A DNA stretch of 39,465 bases from an uncultured Candidatus Saccharibacteria bacterium (GCA_964442475.1 CAYTZJ010000002.1:1-39465), one strand, 5' to 3'. Positions 1-8,828 are shown, numbered from the stretch's first letter. Made by a program: numbers and translations. Notes: generated by a model from the letters alone, not told the origin.

Positions 1-31
1 TCCTGAGGTATATTTTTTGAGCTTCTATTTT

Positions 32-157
32 TATCCACCAATAGCTGTTTTGGTAAATAACAGCAAGAATGGTAAGAATGTGAAGAGGTTTTGTATATCA
101 TCCGCCTATAGCTGTTTTGGTAGTTAAAGACAAAATTGGTAAAGTTGTTGTATTATA
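32..157 (+). repeat. Two degenerate tandem copies (about 67 and 57 bp) of the tRNA-Lys 5' end plus its upstream flank
   Basis: tccaccaatagctgttttggta (34-55) and tccgcctatagctgttttggta (101-122) mirror tccgcctatagctcagctggta (158-179) at the start of the real tRNA. Each copy is preceded by a similar t(g)tat-rich stretch. Neither copy continues into an anticodon or T arm. Confidence 0.7.
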
Positions 158-158
158 T

Positions 159-231
159 CCGCCTATAGCTCAGCTGGTAGAGCAGGTGCCTTTTAAGCAC
201 TTGGTCGTAGGTTCGATTCCTACTGGGCGGA
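159..231 (+). tRNA. tRNA-Lys, anticodon UUU
   Basis: Hand-folded cloverleaf. Acceptor CCGCCTA/TGGGCGG, D stem GCTC/GAGC, anticodon stem GGTGC/GCACT with loop CTTTTAA, variable TGGTC, T stem GTAGG/CCTAC with loop TTCGATT, discriminator A. The 3' CCA is not encoded (ACCC). C1-G72 is an unusual first pair. Confidence 0.9.
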
Positions 232-257
232 CCCGAGTTAGTAAATAAAAAAGAAAA

Positions 258-279
258 AGCACGCCGGTGGCGTGCTTTT
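258..279. terminator. Bidirectional intrinsic terminator
   Basis: GCACGCC (259-265) / GGCGTGC (269-275) hairpin, with an A-run upstream and TTTT downstream. The T-run is longer when read on the minus strand. Confidence 0.75.
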
Positions 280-295
280 GAGTACAAAACGAAAT

Positions 296-643
296 TTACA
301 AGCGAAGTCGTGACGAGATCGTGCCAACAATTGCCGATTGCGTTGGTTTACAATGACTACCAGCTTCTGAGCCTGAGATGGTTTTAGGTATCGGTCGGAA
401 AAAGTTAGTGGTCCGCATTTCGTTAAGTATGATGCTCGTATGCTTCCTGCACCAACGATTAGTTGGCATAACTTGGTGAGTACAACCCGCATACTGACAC
501 AGCTTAACGACCCTCTCCACACCAGAGTCAACGTGTTTTTCATTTCCAACTTCACATTCCTTTTTACCCTTTTTCACAGCTCCTCCTTGCTTAAAACTGA
601 CATCCCCATTTAAAAACATACACCTGAGAATTATTTTGGTCAA
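296..643 (-). CDS. Hypothetical small Cys/His-motif protein. Start uncertain: TTG at 643 or ATG at 618.
   Basis: ORF begins 3 nt after the holA stop and ends just before the terminator at 258-279. Contains CQYAGCTHQVMPTNRWCRKH (C-x4-C-x11-C-x2-H), a zinc-ribbon-like pattern. GC is visibly higher than in neighbouring genes. Confidence 0.4.
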   Translation of the reverse strand: MTKIILRCMFLNGDVSFKQGGAVKKGKKECEVGNEKHVDSGVERVVKLCQYAGCTHQVMPTNRWCRKHTSIILNEMRTTNFFRPIPKTISGSEAGSHCKPTQSAIVGTISSRLRL

Positions 644-645
644 AA

Positions 646-1362
646 CTAGACCGCAAGCACAAATTCTTCTAAGTAGTCCTCAAGGTCGCCACTTTCAATT
701 CTGGACAGATGATACAGATCGACCATATCACTAGAAATTTTCTTGAGCTCAGACAAAGAATAGTTTTTCAAAAAACGTTGATTTTTTCCCCATACAAAAG
801 GTTTTACACCCGCCTCATCTGCCGTTTTACTTTGAGCAACACTTAGCATGCTTTTGATCTGCCAAAACAAAATACCATGGATTTCTTCTGGTTCCGATCC
901 ACTTATTAATGCCTTTTGATATAAAACCCAAAGCCGAACCCGGTCTCTATCCCCCAATGCGTCGGTGAGTGAAAAAATATTAAATTCTTTTTTGGGTGTA
1001 ACATTTTTATCATCAATTTCCCATGTTTTTTCTGCATTCTTTTTTAAAAGATTCTTAATTGGAGCCTTGGGTGAATATTCAACAAAAAGAAAAGCGTGGT
1101 CCGCTGCCTTGAGTTCTTTTATCTGTTCCTCAAGATGTAGAGCCGCATCTTTATTTTCAAAAAGAGATTCAAGAACGACAATGTACTTATGTTCAAAAAG
1201 ACCCTGTCCACCAGCAATACCGGCAAATGAATCCTTATTCCATTCAGACAAAGACATTCTAAAAAGAAGTGCGTTTGGACGTTTCTTTTGGAGGGCACCG
1301 ACGAGTTCGTCTAATGTTTTACGAACTCGAGCACACTCTGAACCTGTAACAAAGTAAATCAT
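646..1362 (-). CDS. holA: DNA polymerase III delta subunit-like (HolA)
   Basis: N-terminus MIYFVTGSE..., length and helical C-terminal half fit HolA. The ATG at 1362 overlaps the polA stop (TAATG). Lies in the operon with polA. Confidence 0.55.
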   Translation of the reverse strand: MIYFVTGSECARVRKTLDELVGALQKKRPNALLFRMSLSEWNKDSFAGIAGGQGLFEHKYIVVLESLFENKDAALHLEEQIKELKAADHAFLFVEYSPKAPIKNLLKKNAEKTWEIDDKNVTPKKEFNIFSLTDALGDRDRVRLWVLYQKALISGSEPEEIHGILFWQIKSMLSVAQSKTADEAGVKPFVWGKNQRFLKNYSLSELKKISSDMVDLYHLSRIESGDLEDYLEEFVLAV

Positions 1363-3833
1363 TATTTTTTCATTTCTCCCCAATTCTTGCCCACCGAACT
1401 CGATACCAAAAGCGGCACGCCGTTGGTTTCCTGCGGTGAAATAACACCCTCCATAATTTCAACAATCTTGTCGCGAACCTTTGAAACAATACTTTCTTCG
1501 ACCTCAAATACGAGTTCGTCGTGCACCGTCAACAACATTTTGATTTTGTCTTGAAGCCCTTCATCGATAATATACTTATCAATTTTAATCATTGCGATTT
1601 TGATTATATCTGCACTTGTTCCCTGCAGAGGCGCATTGATTGCCATACGTTCACTCATTGCTCGAATAAAAGGCAGTTTGGAACGAATGCCTGGAAAATA
1701 TCTACGGCGACCAAAAAATGTTTCAGTAAAACCGTTCGTCGCTGCATCAGACTTGGTTTTTTCAAGATATGTTGCAAGAGTACTGAAATTGCTAAAGTAA
1801 TCATCGTAAAAACGTTTTGCTTCGTCTCGATCTGTACCAAGATTTGTTTTGAGAGCATTTACACCCATCCCGTACAAAATTCCAAAATTAATTACTTTTG
1901 CCCTACGCCTCATTTCTGCATCAACTTTTTCTGGAGGAACTTTAAAAACAAACGAGGCAACACCAGTGTGAACATCGCCACCAGATTTAAAAATATCAAT
2001 GAGCTTCTTTTCACCTGACATGAATGCTGCGATACGAAGCTCAACCTGAGAGTAATCACACGCGAGTAAATCGAAACCTTTTTCTGCAACAAATGCGTTA
2101 CGAATCCTTTTTCCTAAATCACTCTTAATCGGAATATTTTGGAGGTTCGGATCCTGAGAAGACAAACGACCAGTAACCGCACCAGTTTGGTTGAACCGCG
2201 CATGGAGTCTACCATCTGAAGCAACTTTCTCAGGAATATTATCGATATATGTCGAAAGAAGCTTCTGAAGTTCACGATAATCAAGAAGAAGTGGAACTAT
2301 TGGATGTTGGTCTTTCACCTTCTCAAGTTCAGATTCTTTTGTAGATCGATTTCCAGAGGCAGTAGTCTTGCCTTTTTTTTGCAGCAAAATTTTACCAAAA
2401 AGAATCTCTCCTAAAATTTTTGGAGAATTGATATTAAATTTTTCACCTGCAAGTTCCCAGATTTTTTTCTGAAGCAGTTCGAGTTCTTTATGATACTCTT
2501 TCGAAAGTTTTTTAAGATAATCAATGTCAATCTTTACACCTATTTCCCCCATTTTTCGCACAATCGGCACAAGTGGCAGTTCAATATTGTTATAAATTTC
2601 TGAAATTTTACCCTCCTTAAGTTTTGCAAAAATTTTCTCCTGCGCCTCTTTAAATGAATCAGTGTTGGCATAATTCAAAATTTCTTCAAGGCCAGGGTTT
2701 GAAATATTGGAATCAACAACCCAAAGTGCCAGTGCCACCCTGTCGATTTCTTCCTGAGAAACTCCAGTGATCTCGGCACCAAGCGACATTTGACCTGCCT
2801 TGCCCGTCGATCGACTAGAAATTTTCTGAGTTTTCTTTTCTATTTTTTGAAAATCGTCTGAAGAAAAACGATCCGATTTCTTTTCTTTTTTATTTTGATC
2901 AGAAATTAAAGAAGATTTTTGTTCCACCACCCCCTTCAACCGATCAAGTAAAGATCGGAATTCCAGCTCTGTAAAAAGAGTTTTAACTTTTTCCAAATCA
3001 ATATTTTCTTTCCAACTTTTTTCTGGAAGATCAAAATCAATAGGGGCATCACGCCGAATTGTTGCCAACATTTTAGAAAACTTAGCTTCATCTTCATGAG
3101 CCCTTAACAATTCAAGAGTTCTTTCTTTTATTCCGTCACCAATTAAATTTTTATCCTCCTTGATCTTGTTGTAAATTTCTTCTACAGTTCCAAATTTTTG
3201 GATAAGCACAGAGCCGGTTTTTTCTCCGATACCTGGGACCCCAATAATATTATCTGAAGGATCTCCTCGAAGACCCTTATAGTCTGGTAAAAGTGCTGGT
3301 CCAAAACCAAAACGCTCTTTAACCATTTCTTCATCGTAAACAACAGTATCACTGATCCCCTTTCGTAACGTGTACACTCGCACCCTTTTTCCATCCACAA
3401 GTTGCAACGTATCCATGTCACCGGAAGCAATCACAATTTCAATGTTCTTATTTTTTTTAAATTTTTCGACAATTGTTCCAAGAACATCGTCAGCCTCAAA
3501 CCCCTTACTTTCTAAAATGGGAATACCCATCGCTCGAAACACATCTTTCGAACGAATAAGTTGTGAAATAAGATCGTCATCTATTTTTTTTCGAGTAGCC
3601 TTGTAGCCGTCATACACATCGTGACGATGGGTCGGAGACGGCACATCATAACAAGCGACAACATAGTCTGGGCTAAGCTCTGTCATAATTTTGATAAGCA
3701 TTGTGACCAAACCATAAATCGCACCAGTTGGTTCACCTTTTGTAGACGCAAAATCTGGCAAAGCATGATATGCCCGATGGATGATCGCGTGAGAATCAAG
3801 CAGTACTAATCTTTTTTTATCTGATTTAGCCAT
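1362..3833 (-). CDS. polA: DNA polymerase I
   Basis: Has an N-terminal 5' nuclease domain (LLDSHAIIHRAYHALP, GVPGIGEKTG). The family A polymerase motifs are also present (DYSQVELRIAA, RRRAKVINFGILYGM, TVHDELVFE). The first ATG (MAKSDKK) is at 3833; the track ORF extends upstream from an alternative start. Confidence 0.95.
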   Translation of the reverse strand: MAKSDKKRLVLLDSHAIIHRAYHALPDFASTKGEPTGAIYGLVTMLIKIMTELSPDYVVACYDVPSPTHRHDVYDGYKATRKKIDDDLISQLIRSKDVFRAMGIPILESKGFEADDVLGTIVEKFKKNKNIEIVIASGDMDTLQLVDGKRVRVYTLRKGISDTVVYDEEMVKERFGFGPALLPDYKGLRGDPSDNIIGVPGIGEKTGSVLIQKFGTVEEIYNKIKEDKNLIGDGIKERTLELLRAHEDEAKFSKMLATIRRDAPIDFDLPEKSWKENIDLEKVKTLFTELEFRSLLDRLKGVVEQKSSLISDQNKKEKKSDRFSSDDFQKIEKKTQKISSRSTGKAGQMSLGAEITGVSQEEIDRVALALWVVDSNISNPGLEEILNYANTDSFKEAQEKIFAKLKEGKISEIYNNIELPLVPIVRKMGEIGVKIDIDYLKKLSKEYHKELELLQKKIWELAGEKFNINSPKILGEILFGKILLQKKGKTTASGNRSTKESELEKVKDQHPIVPLLLDYRELQKLLSTYIDNIPEKVASDGRLHARFNQTGAVTGRLSSQDPNLQNIPIKSDLGKRIRNAFVAEKGFDLLACDYSQVELRIAAFMSGEKKLIDIFKSGGDVHTGVASFVFKVPPEKVDAEMRRRAKVINFGILYGMGVNALKTNLGTDRDEAKRFYDDYFSNFSTLATYLEKTKSDAATNGFTETFFGRRRYFPGIRSKLPFIRAMSERMAINAPLQGTSADIIKIAMIKIDKYIIDEGLQDKIKMLLTVHDELVFEVEESIVSKVRDKIVEIMEGVISPQETNGVPLLVSSSVGKNWGEMKK

Positions 3834-4287
3834 GAAAATCAATAATTCGAGATTCTTCGTCGTGGTGACTAAACCGAATAATAATTTTCTCTTTCGGAAG
3901 CAGAGTTTCAACCTTATCCGCCCACTCAATACAAATAATATTTCTTTGATTTTTTACAATTTCATTCCAACCCAACGTTTCTAGTTCTTTTGGATCTTCT
4001 AATCTATACGCGTCTATGTGAATAAGGTGGTCGAACCCCACAACTCGTCCGGAACTTATGGAGGGTGGAAGTTTATAAATTTTTTCGATTACAAAAGTTG
4101 GACTTAAAATCTTTTCAGTTATTCCCAAAGCTTTACCAAAAAACTGCATGAACGTTGTCTTGCCAGCACCAAGATCACCGTAAAGCGCAATTACAGTTGC
4201 CCCTGTTTTACCCTCTGATACGAGCGATTGGGCTATTTCTTGAGCCTTTTTTTCTGTTTCTGCAATTTTATGAAGACTTTTCTGCAT
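3826..4287 (-). CDS. tsaE: tRNA t6A37 biosynthesis ATPase TsaE
   Basis: P-loop GDLGAGKTTF followed by SPTF, about 150 aa, typical of TsaE/YjeE. Overlaps the polA start by 8 nt. Confidence 0.85.
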   Translation of the reverse strand: MQKSLHKIAETEKKAQEIAQSLVSEGKTGATVIALYGDLGAGKTTFMQFFGKALGITEKILSPTFVIEKIYKLPPSISSGRVVGFDHLIHIDAYRLEDPKELETLGWNEIVKNQRNIICIEWADKVETLLPKEKIIIRFSHHDEESRIIDFHG

Positions 4288-4293
4288 GCCGAG

Positions 4294-4302
4294 ATTGTAT
4301 CA
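4294..4302 (-). promoter_or_regulatory. Extended -10 (TGATACAAT) placed 6 nt upstream of the tsaE ATG, predicting a leaderless transcript
   Basis: The reverse complement of attgtatca (4294-4302) is TGATACAAT. It is followed by CTCGGC and then ATG (4287). Confidence 0.5.
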
Positions 4303-4351
4303 CTTTGCCAGACGGTAGCCTACGAAAAAAATGTCAGGAAAAAATGTGGAC

Positions 4352-4397
4352 AAATAAAAACCCGCCAAGCTCTGCCATAAGCAGAAACTCAGCGGGT
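4352..4397 (-). terminator. Intrinsic terminator after the lipoprotein gene
   Basis: CCCGC (4361-4365) pairs with GCGGG (4392-4396), with an inner CTGC/GCAG helix. A T-run follows on the minus strand (aaataaaaa on plus). Confidence 0.6.
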
Positions 4398-4406
4398 AAA
4401 TGAGGT

Positions 4407-4832
4407 CTAGCGCCCCGCCCTTTCCAAGGGAACAAACTTCTCAAATCTCCTGATGTACCACATCTCGGGACTTTCACCCCGAGAATACGGACCGTAGCCG
4501 CCGTACCGACCAAGGTAGATCCGTGTGCGAGCAACGCCGAGTGGGTTATAGTCCGTATCAAGAACATCGAACTTGAGCTCGATTGTATTACCCATCGACG
4601 CATAACGAATCGGCACCTGAATCTCCTGGCCAGTTACGAGTGCTGGTTTGTACCCACTGTTACCATATGGGGACACACCGTTCACGGTCAGGTTGGTCAG
4701 AATAGTGCCGCCAATACCGTTGTGCACAAGCACAACGTCATCAGCACCCCATGACGAACTCCAAGTACCGCCACCGCAACCAACGAGGCATCCCAAAAAC
4801 AGACTGAGCAGAAGAAACAAGAAACATTTCAT
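4407..4832 (-). CDS. Hypothetical lipoprotein, GC-elevated
   Basis: MKCFLFLLLSLFLGCLVGCGGG is a signal peptide with a lipobox-like FLGC. No domain recognised. GC is clearly above that of the flanks. Confidence 0.6.
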   Translation of the reverse strand: MKCFLFLLLSLFLGCLVGCGGGTWSSSWGADDVVLVHNGIGGTILTNLTVNGVSPYGNSGYKPALVTGQEIQVPIRYASMGNTIELKFDVLDTDYNPLGVARTRIYLGRYGGYGPYSRGESPEMWYIRRFEKFVPLERAGR

Positions 4833-4980
4833 GAAATTACCCTTTCAATGTGAGGATCGCGTGATTGTGTTTGTTCTTATTTAACAAAGAAGTCTTACAA
4901 TATATTAATACAAATTATGTATTTTGTCTAGTATTTATATTGTAATCACATTTACAAAAGAGCTGAAGAGTTAAAAAAAC

Positions 4981-4989
4981 TGTTATAAT
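4981..4989 (+). promoter_or_regulatory. Extended -10 (TGTTATAAT) placed 6 nt upstream of the pilB ATG, predicting a leaderless transcript
   Basis: tgttataat (4981-4989), then ttctcc, then ATG at 4996. There is no purine-rich SD. Confidence 0.55.
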
Positions 4990-4995
4990 TTCTCC

Positions 4996-6678
4996 ATGGC
5001 TATCTCTTTTAATGAAGAAAAACAAAATGAAAGAGTAGATGAACTCAAAAAAGCAGAGGCTGAAGAGTTAACAAAAATTCTCTCTGCAAAATATGGTCTA
5101 CCCTACCTTGACCTATCAATATATCCAGTAAACATTGACGCACTTAGGATTATCAAAGAAGAAACTGCCCGCAAAGCAAATATTGCAGCTTTCCATATTA
5201 CTGACAAAAAAATCCGTGTTGGTATTCTTTCGCCTAAAAATCCTGAAACGCTAGAGGCAATCGAGGAACTTAAGAACAGAAATTACGACCCTATACCCTT
5301 TTTAGTTTCAATGGAGAGTTTAAAACATGTTTGGGAACGATACAAAGACCTTTCGTATTCTTTTGAAACAAAGGGTGGAGCACTGACAATCTCGGATGAA
5401 GAAATTGTTGAATTCAGAAACAAAGTTCATGGTCTGTCTGATATTTCTGCCCTTATCAAAGAAGTTCTTGGTTCAAAAAAAATTTATCGCATATCACGCC
5501 TTTTAGAAATAATAATTGCCGGCGCATTAGCAACAAACGCTTCCGACGTCCATTTTGAACCAGAAGAAATCCATACCCGCCTTCGATATCGACTCGACGG
5601 TATTCTTACAGACATAATTGGCCTCGATACAGAAACATATGGTTTGCTTTTATCACGAATCAAGCTTCTTTCAAATTTAAAACTCAACACCAAGGGCAAA
5701 CCCCAAGATGGTCGTTTCAGCATTAAGATGGAGGATACAGAAATCGAAATTCGAACCTCTCTTCTTCCTGGCGCCTACAACGAAACAGTTGTACTTCGAG
5801 TCCTAAATCCAAACGCAATTTCTGTTCCCCTCGAAAATCTTGGCATCCACCCCCGACTTCTTAAAATTCTTGAACATGAAATTAAAAAACCAAATGGAAT
5901 GATTTTGAATACCGGTCCAACAGGCTCCGGAAAAACTACAACTCTGTATGCCTTCCTAAAGAAAATTAATGAACCGGGTACAAAAATAATAACGATCGAA
6001 AATCCTATTGAATATCATTTAAAAGGAATTGTTCAAACTCAAACCGATGCCGAAAAGGGTTACACCTTTCTTGAAGGTCTTCGATCTGCCCTTAGACAGG
6101 ATCCGGATGTGATCATGGTTGGTGAAATTCGAGACAACGAAACAGCGGAGATAGCCGTAAATGCAGCGCTTACAGGACATTTGGTTTTCTCTACCCTACA
6201 CACCAACAATGCCGCGGGTACATTTCCTCGTCTCATCGATCTCGGTGTAAACTCAAAAGTTATTACGTCGGCAATCAGTAATGCCATGGCCCAACGACTC
6301 GTTCGCAAGCTTTGTAACGACTGCAAGAAAGAAGTTGATATTAGTGGAAAAGAAAAAAAACTCATTGAGTCAGTACTAACATCGATAACAGACAAAACTT
6401 ATCTTGATGGTCTTCAAACAAAAAAAATGTGGGTGCCAACTGGTTGTGAAAAATGTCACAATATTGGATACAAAGGCAGAATCGGAGTCTACGAAGCAAT
6501 TTTGAGTGACGCGACAATAGAAGAAGTAATCGAAGGCAATCCGAGCGAACGTGAAGTAAAAAAAGCAGCAACTTCGCAAAACATTCTTGATATGACGCAA
6601 GATGGTGTTATTAAGATTCTCCAAGGTGTGACATCGGTAGAAGAACTTGGCCGCGTTGTAGACTTACTGATTTACTAA
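4996..6678 (+). CDS. pilB: GspE/PilB-family secretion ATPase (type IV pilus assembly or competence type)
   Basis: Has an N-terminal GspE-N-like domain and Walker A GPTGSGKTTT. Also has Walker B/Asp box DPDVIMVGEIRD, His box TGHLVFSTLHTN and the tetracysteine CNDC...CEKC. Confidence 0.9.
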   Translation: MAISFNEEKQNERVDELKKAEAEELTKILSAKYGLPYLDLSIYPVNIDALRIIKEETARKANIAAFHITDKKIRVGILSPKNPETLEAIEELKNRNYDPIPFLVSMESLKHVWERYKDLSYSFETKGGALTISDEEIVEFRNKVHGLSDISALIKEVLGSKKIYRISRLLEIIIAGALATNASDVHFEPEEIHTRLRYRLDGILTDIIGLDTETYGLLLSRIKLLSNLKLNTKGKPQDGRFSIKMEDTEIEIRTSLLPGAYNETVVLRVLNPNAISVPLENLGIHPRLLKILEHEIKKPNGMILNTGPTGSGKTTTLYAFLKKINEPGTKIITIENPIEYHLKGIVQTQTDAEKGYTFLEGLRSALRQDPDVIMVGEIRDNETAEIAVNAALTGHLVFSTLHTNNAAGTFPRLIDLGVNSKVITSAISNAMAQRLVRKLCNDCKKEVDISGKEKKLIESVLTSITDKTYLDGLQTKKMWVPTGCEKCHNIGYKGRIGVYEAILSDATIEEVIEGNPSEREVKKAATSQNILDMTQDGVIKILQGVTSVEELGRVVDLLIY

Positions 6679-6683
6679 ACCAC

Positions 6684-7739
6684 ATGACAAAGAAAAATCC
6701 CGACATACAAATAAATACGGAAAACAACGAAGAACATGCCATAGAGGGCATGGCAGTAAAAGAAACTACCTTTCTCGACCTTACTCTTCGACCAAACACG
6801 TTTGATGAATACATTGGTCAGGAAGGTATTAAAGAAAACCTCAAGATCCTTTTGAGAGCTGCGAAAGAAAGGAATCATCCGCCAGAACACATTCTTTTTT
6901 ATGGCCCACCAGGTTTGGGTAAAACCACACTCGCCTACCTTATTTCTAAGGAAACTAATTCACAGATCAAAGTTACATCTGGTCCCGCAATTGAAAAAGT
7001 TGGCGATCTTGCCTCGATTCTCACAAACCTTGCTCCGGGTGATTTACTTTTTATTGACGAGATTCACCGACTCAATAAGGCGATTGAAGAAGTTCTCTAC
7101 CCTGCAATGGAAACAGGTCAGCTCGATATCGTAATTGGTAAGGGTCCATCGGCTCGCACCATTCAGCTTGATCTCGCTCCGTTTACACTTATTGCAGCAA
7201 CGACTCGTGTTGCAATGATCTCTGCCCCACTCCGCAGCCGGTTCTCTGGTGGTATTTTCAAATTGGAATTTTATACTCAAGAAGAAATTGAACAGATCGT
7301 TCGACGTTCAGCAAAACTTTTGAAAATCGAAATTGATTCAGACGCTGTGTCTGAAATTGCAATGCGAAGTCGTTTCACACCACGAACCGCAAACTACTTA
7401 CTCAAGCGTTGTCGCGACTACGCTCAGATTCATAAACATAAACTCGACAAGAAGTCTGTCGACACCGCGCTCAAACTTATTGGTGTTGATGAAAAAGGCT
7501 TAACACATTCAGACCGAGAAATTCTTCAAACAATTATCAAAAAGTTTAAGGGTGGACCAGTTGGTCTCAACACCCTTGCCGCTTCCCTTTCCGAAGAAGA
7601 AGCAACGATTGAAGAATTCAACGAGCCATATTTACTACAGCTTGGTCTTATTGAACGAACACCACGAGGGCGAATCGTAACAGACACTGGATACGATCAC
7701 ATGGAATCAAAAGTATCTGATTCAGGGAAACTTTTGTAG
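6684..7739 (+). CDS. ruvB: Holliday junction branch migration helicase RuvB
   Basis: LRPNTFDEYIGQE, GPPGLGKTTLA, LFIDEIHRL, and the RuvB C-terminal winged-helix region. Confidence 0.95.
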   Translation: MTKKNPDIQINTENNEEHAIEGMAVKETTFLDLTLRPNTFDEYIGQEGIKENLKILLRAAKERNHPPEHILFYGPPGLGKTTLAYLISKETNSQIKVTSGPAIEKVGDLASILTNLAPGDLLFIDEIHRLNKAIEEVLYPAMETGQLDIVIGKGPSARTIQLDLAPFTLIAATTRVAMISAPLRSRFSGGIFKLEFYTQEEIEQIVRRSAKLLKIEIDSDAVSEIAMRSRFTPRTANYLLKRCRDYAQIHKHKLDKKSVDTALKLIGVDEKGLTHSDREILQTIIKKFKGGPVGLNTLAASLSEEEATIEEFNEPYLLQLGLIERTPRGRIVTDTGYDHMESKVSDSGKLL

Positions 7740-7777
7740 ACTTGTCACTGTTTTTTTTCCGATATATTGTAGTCATT

Positions 7778-8305
7778 ATGGCAGGACATAATAAATGGGC
7801 ACAGATTAAACGACAGAAAGGAAAGACGGATGCTGAGAAGAGCAAGGCATTTTCTAAATTTTCTCGGTTGATTACCGTTGAGGCAAAGAAAGTTAACGGT
7901 GACAGAAATAGTTTTGCGCTTAAGGCAATCATTGAACGCGCACAGGCAATCAATATGCCAAAGGACTCTATTGATCGAGCTGTAAAGAAAGCGACCGAGT
8001 CAGCAGCAGCAATGGAAGCACATCTCTATGAAGCCTATGGACCCGGTGGTTGTGCGCTTATCATCGACACCATCACAGACAATAAAAACAAAGCTGTTCA
8101 GGAAATTAAACACATTCTTTCGCGAAACGGATACGAACTTGCAACAATGGGTGCTGCTTCATGGGCGTTTGAAAAAACCCACGAGGGCTGGAAACCAAAC
8201 TCAACCATGGAACTCTCCGATGAAGACATCCAGAAACTCGATCACCTTATTACCGAACTTGAATCAAACGATGACGTTCAAGCGGTGTATACTAACGCCG
8301 AATAA
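7778..8305 (+). CDS. yebC: YebC/PmpR-family protein, shortened (175 aa)
   Basis: MAGHNKWAQIKRQKG N-terminus and DDVQAVYTNAE C-terminus are hallmark YebC. The middle of the usual roughly 240 aa protein appears to be missing. Confidence 0.8.
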   Translation: MAGHNKWAQIKRQKGKTDAEKSKAFSKFSRLITVEAKKVNGDRNSFALKAIIERAQAINMPKDSIDRAVKKATESAAAMEAHLYEAYGPGGCALIIDTITDNKNKAVQEIKHILSRNGYELATMGAASWAFEKTHEGWKPNSTMELSDEDIQKLDHLITELESNDDVQAVYTNAE

Positions 8306-8820
8306 TGAACAGGAATAAAAATATCGTTCTCGCAATTGACCCAGGCTACGACAGACTTGGTGTCGCAGTGATACAAGAAGAAAAAGGCAAAAACACTTTA
8401 CTTTTTTCTGATTGCGTAACAACCGACAAAAAACTCATTCATGCCAAACGTCTTGCTTTGATTGGCACGGCTATCTCTGAATTAATCCAAACATGGCAAC
8501 CAAGCGCGATTGCAATCGAAGAACTTTTCTTTAGTAAAAACGCAAAGACCGCACTACTAGTTTCTCAAGCAGTCGGAGTGATCATCTACGAAGCAGCAAA
8601 AAACAATGTAAAAATATTTCTTTATAAGCCAGTCGAGGTAAAGGTGGCGGTTACCGGCTATGGAGCGAGCGACAAAACCCACGTACTCAACATGGTACCA
8701 AGATTAATAAAAATGAACCCCAGAAAACGGCACGATGATGAATACGATGCCGTAGCCGTTGGTATTACCCACATAGCATCACATCGCATCAGAGGAGATT
8801 TTTTATCCACAGAATCCTGA
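8305..8820 (+). CDS. ruvC: Crossover junction endodeoxyribonuclease RuvC
   Basis: LAIDPGYDRLGVAVI catalytic Asp motif, IEELFF, and HDDEYDAVAVGITH at the C-terminus. The start overlaps the yebC stop (TAATG). Confidence 0.9.
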   Translation: MNRNKNIVLAIDPGYDRLGVAVIQEEKGKNTLLFSDCVTTDKKLIHAKRLALIGTAISELIQTWQPSAIAIEELFFSKNAKTALLVSQAVGVIIYEAAKNNVKIFLYKPVEVKVAVTGYGASDKTHVLNMVPRLIKMNPRKRHDDEYDAVAVGITHIASHRIRGDFLSTES

Positions 8821-8828
8821 TGGATTTC

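Noticed and set aside
238-555. 105 aa minus-strand ORF, an alternative to ORF 296-643
   Set aside because: It reads through the terminator hairpin and the poly-A/T tract (C-terminus ...ACFFFFIY). The other frame ends cleanly before the terminator.
965-2018. Plus-strand ORFs 965-1357, 1521-2018 and 1600-1800 inside holA/polA
   Set aside because: They are antisense shadows of well-supported genes. Their composition is Cys/Phe/Ser-rich and low complexity, and they have no start context.
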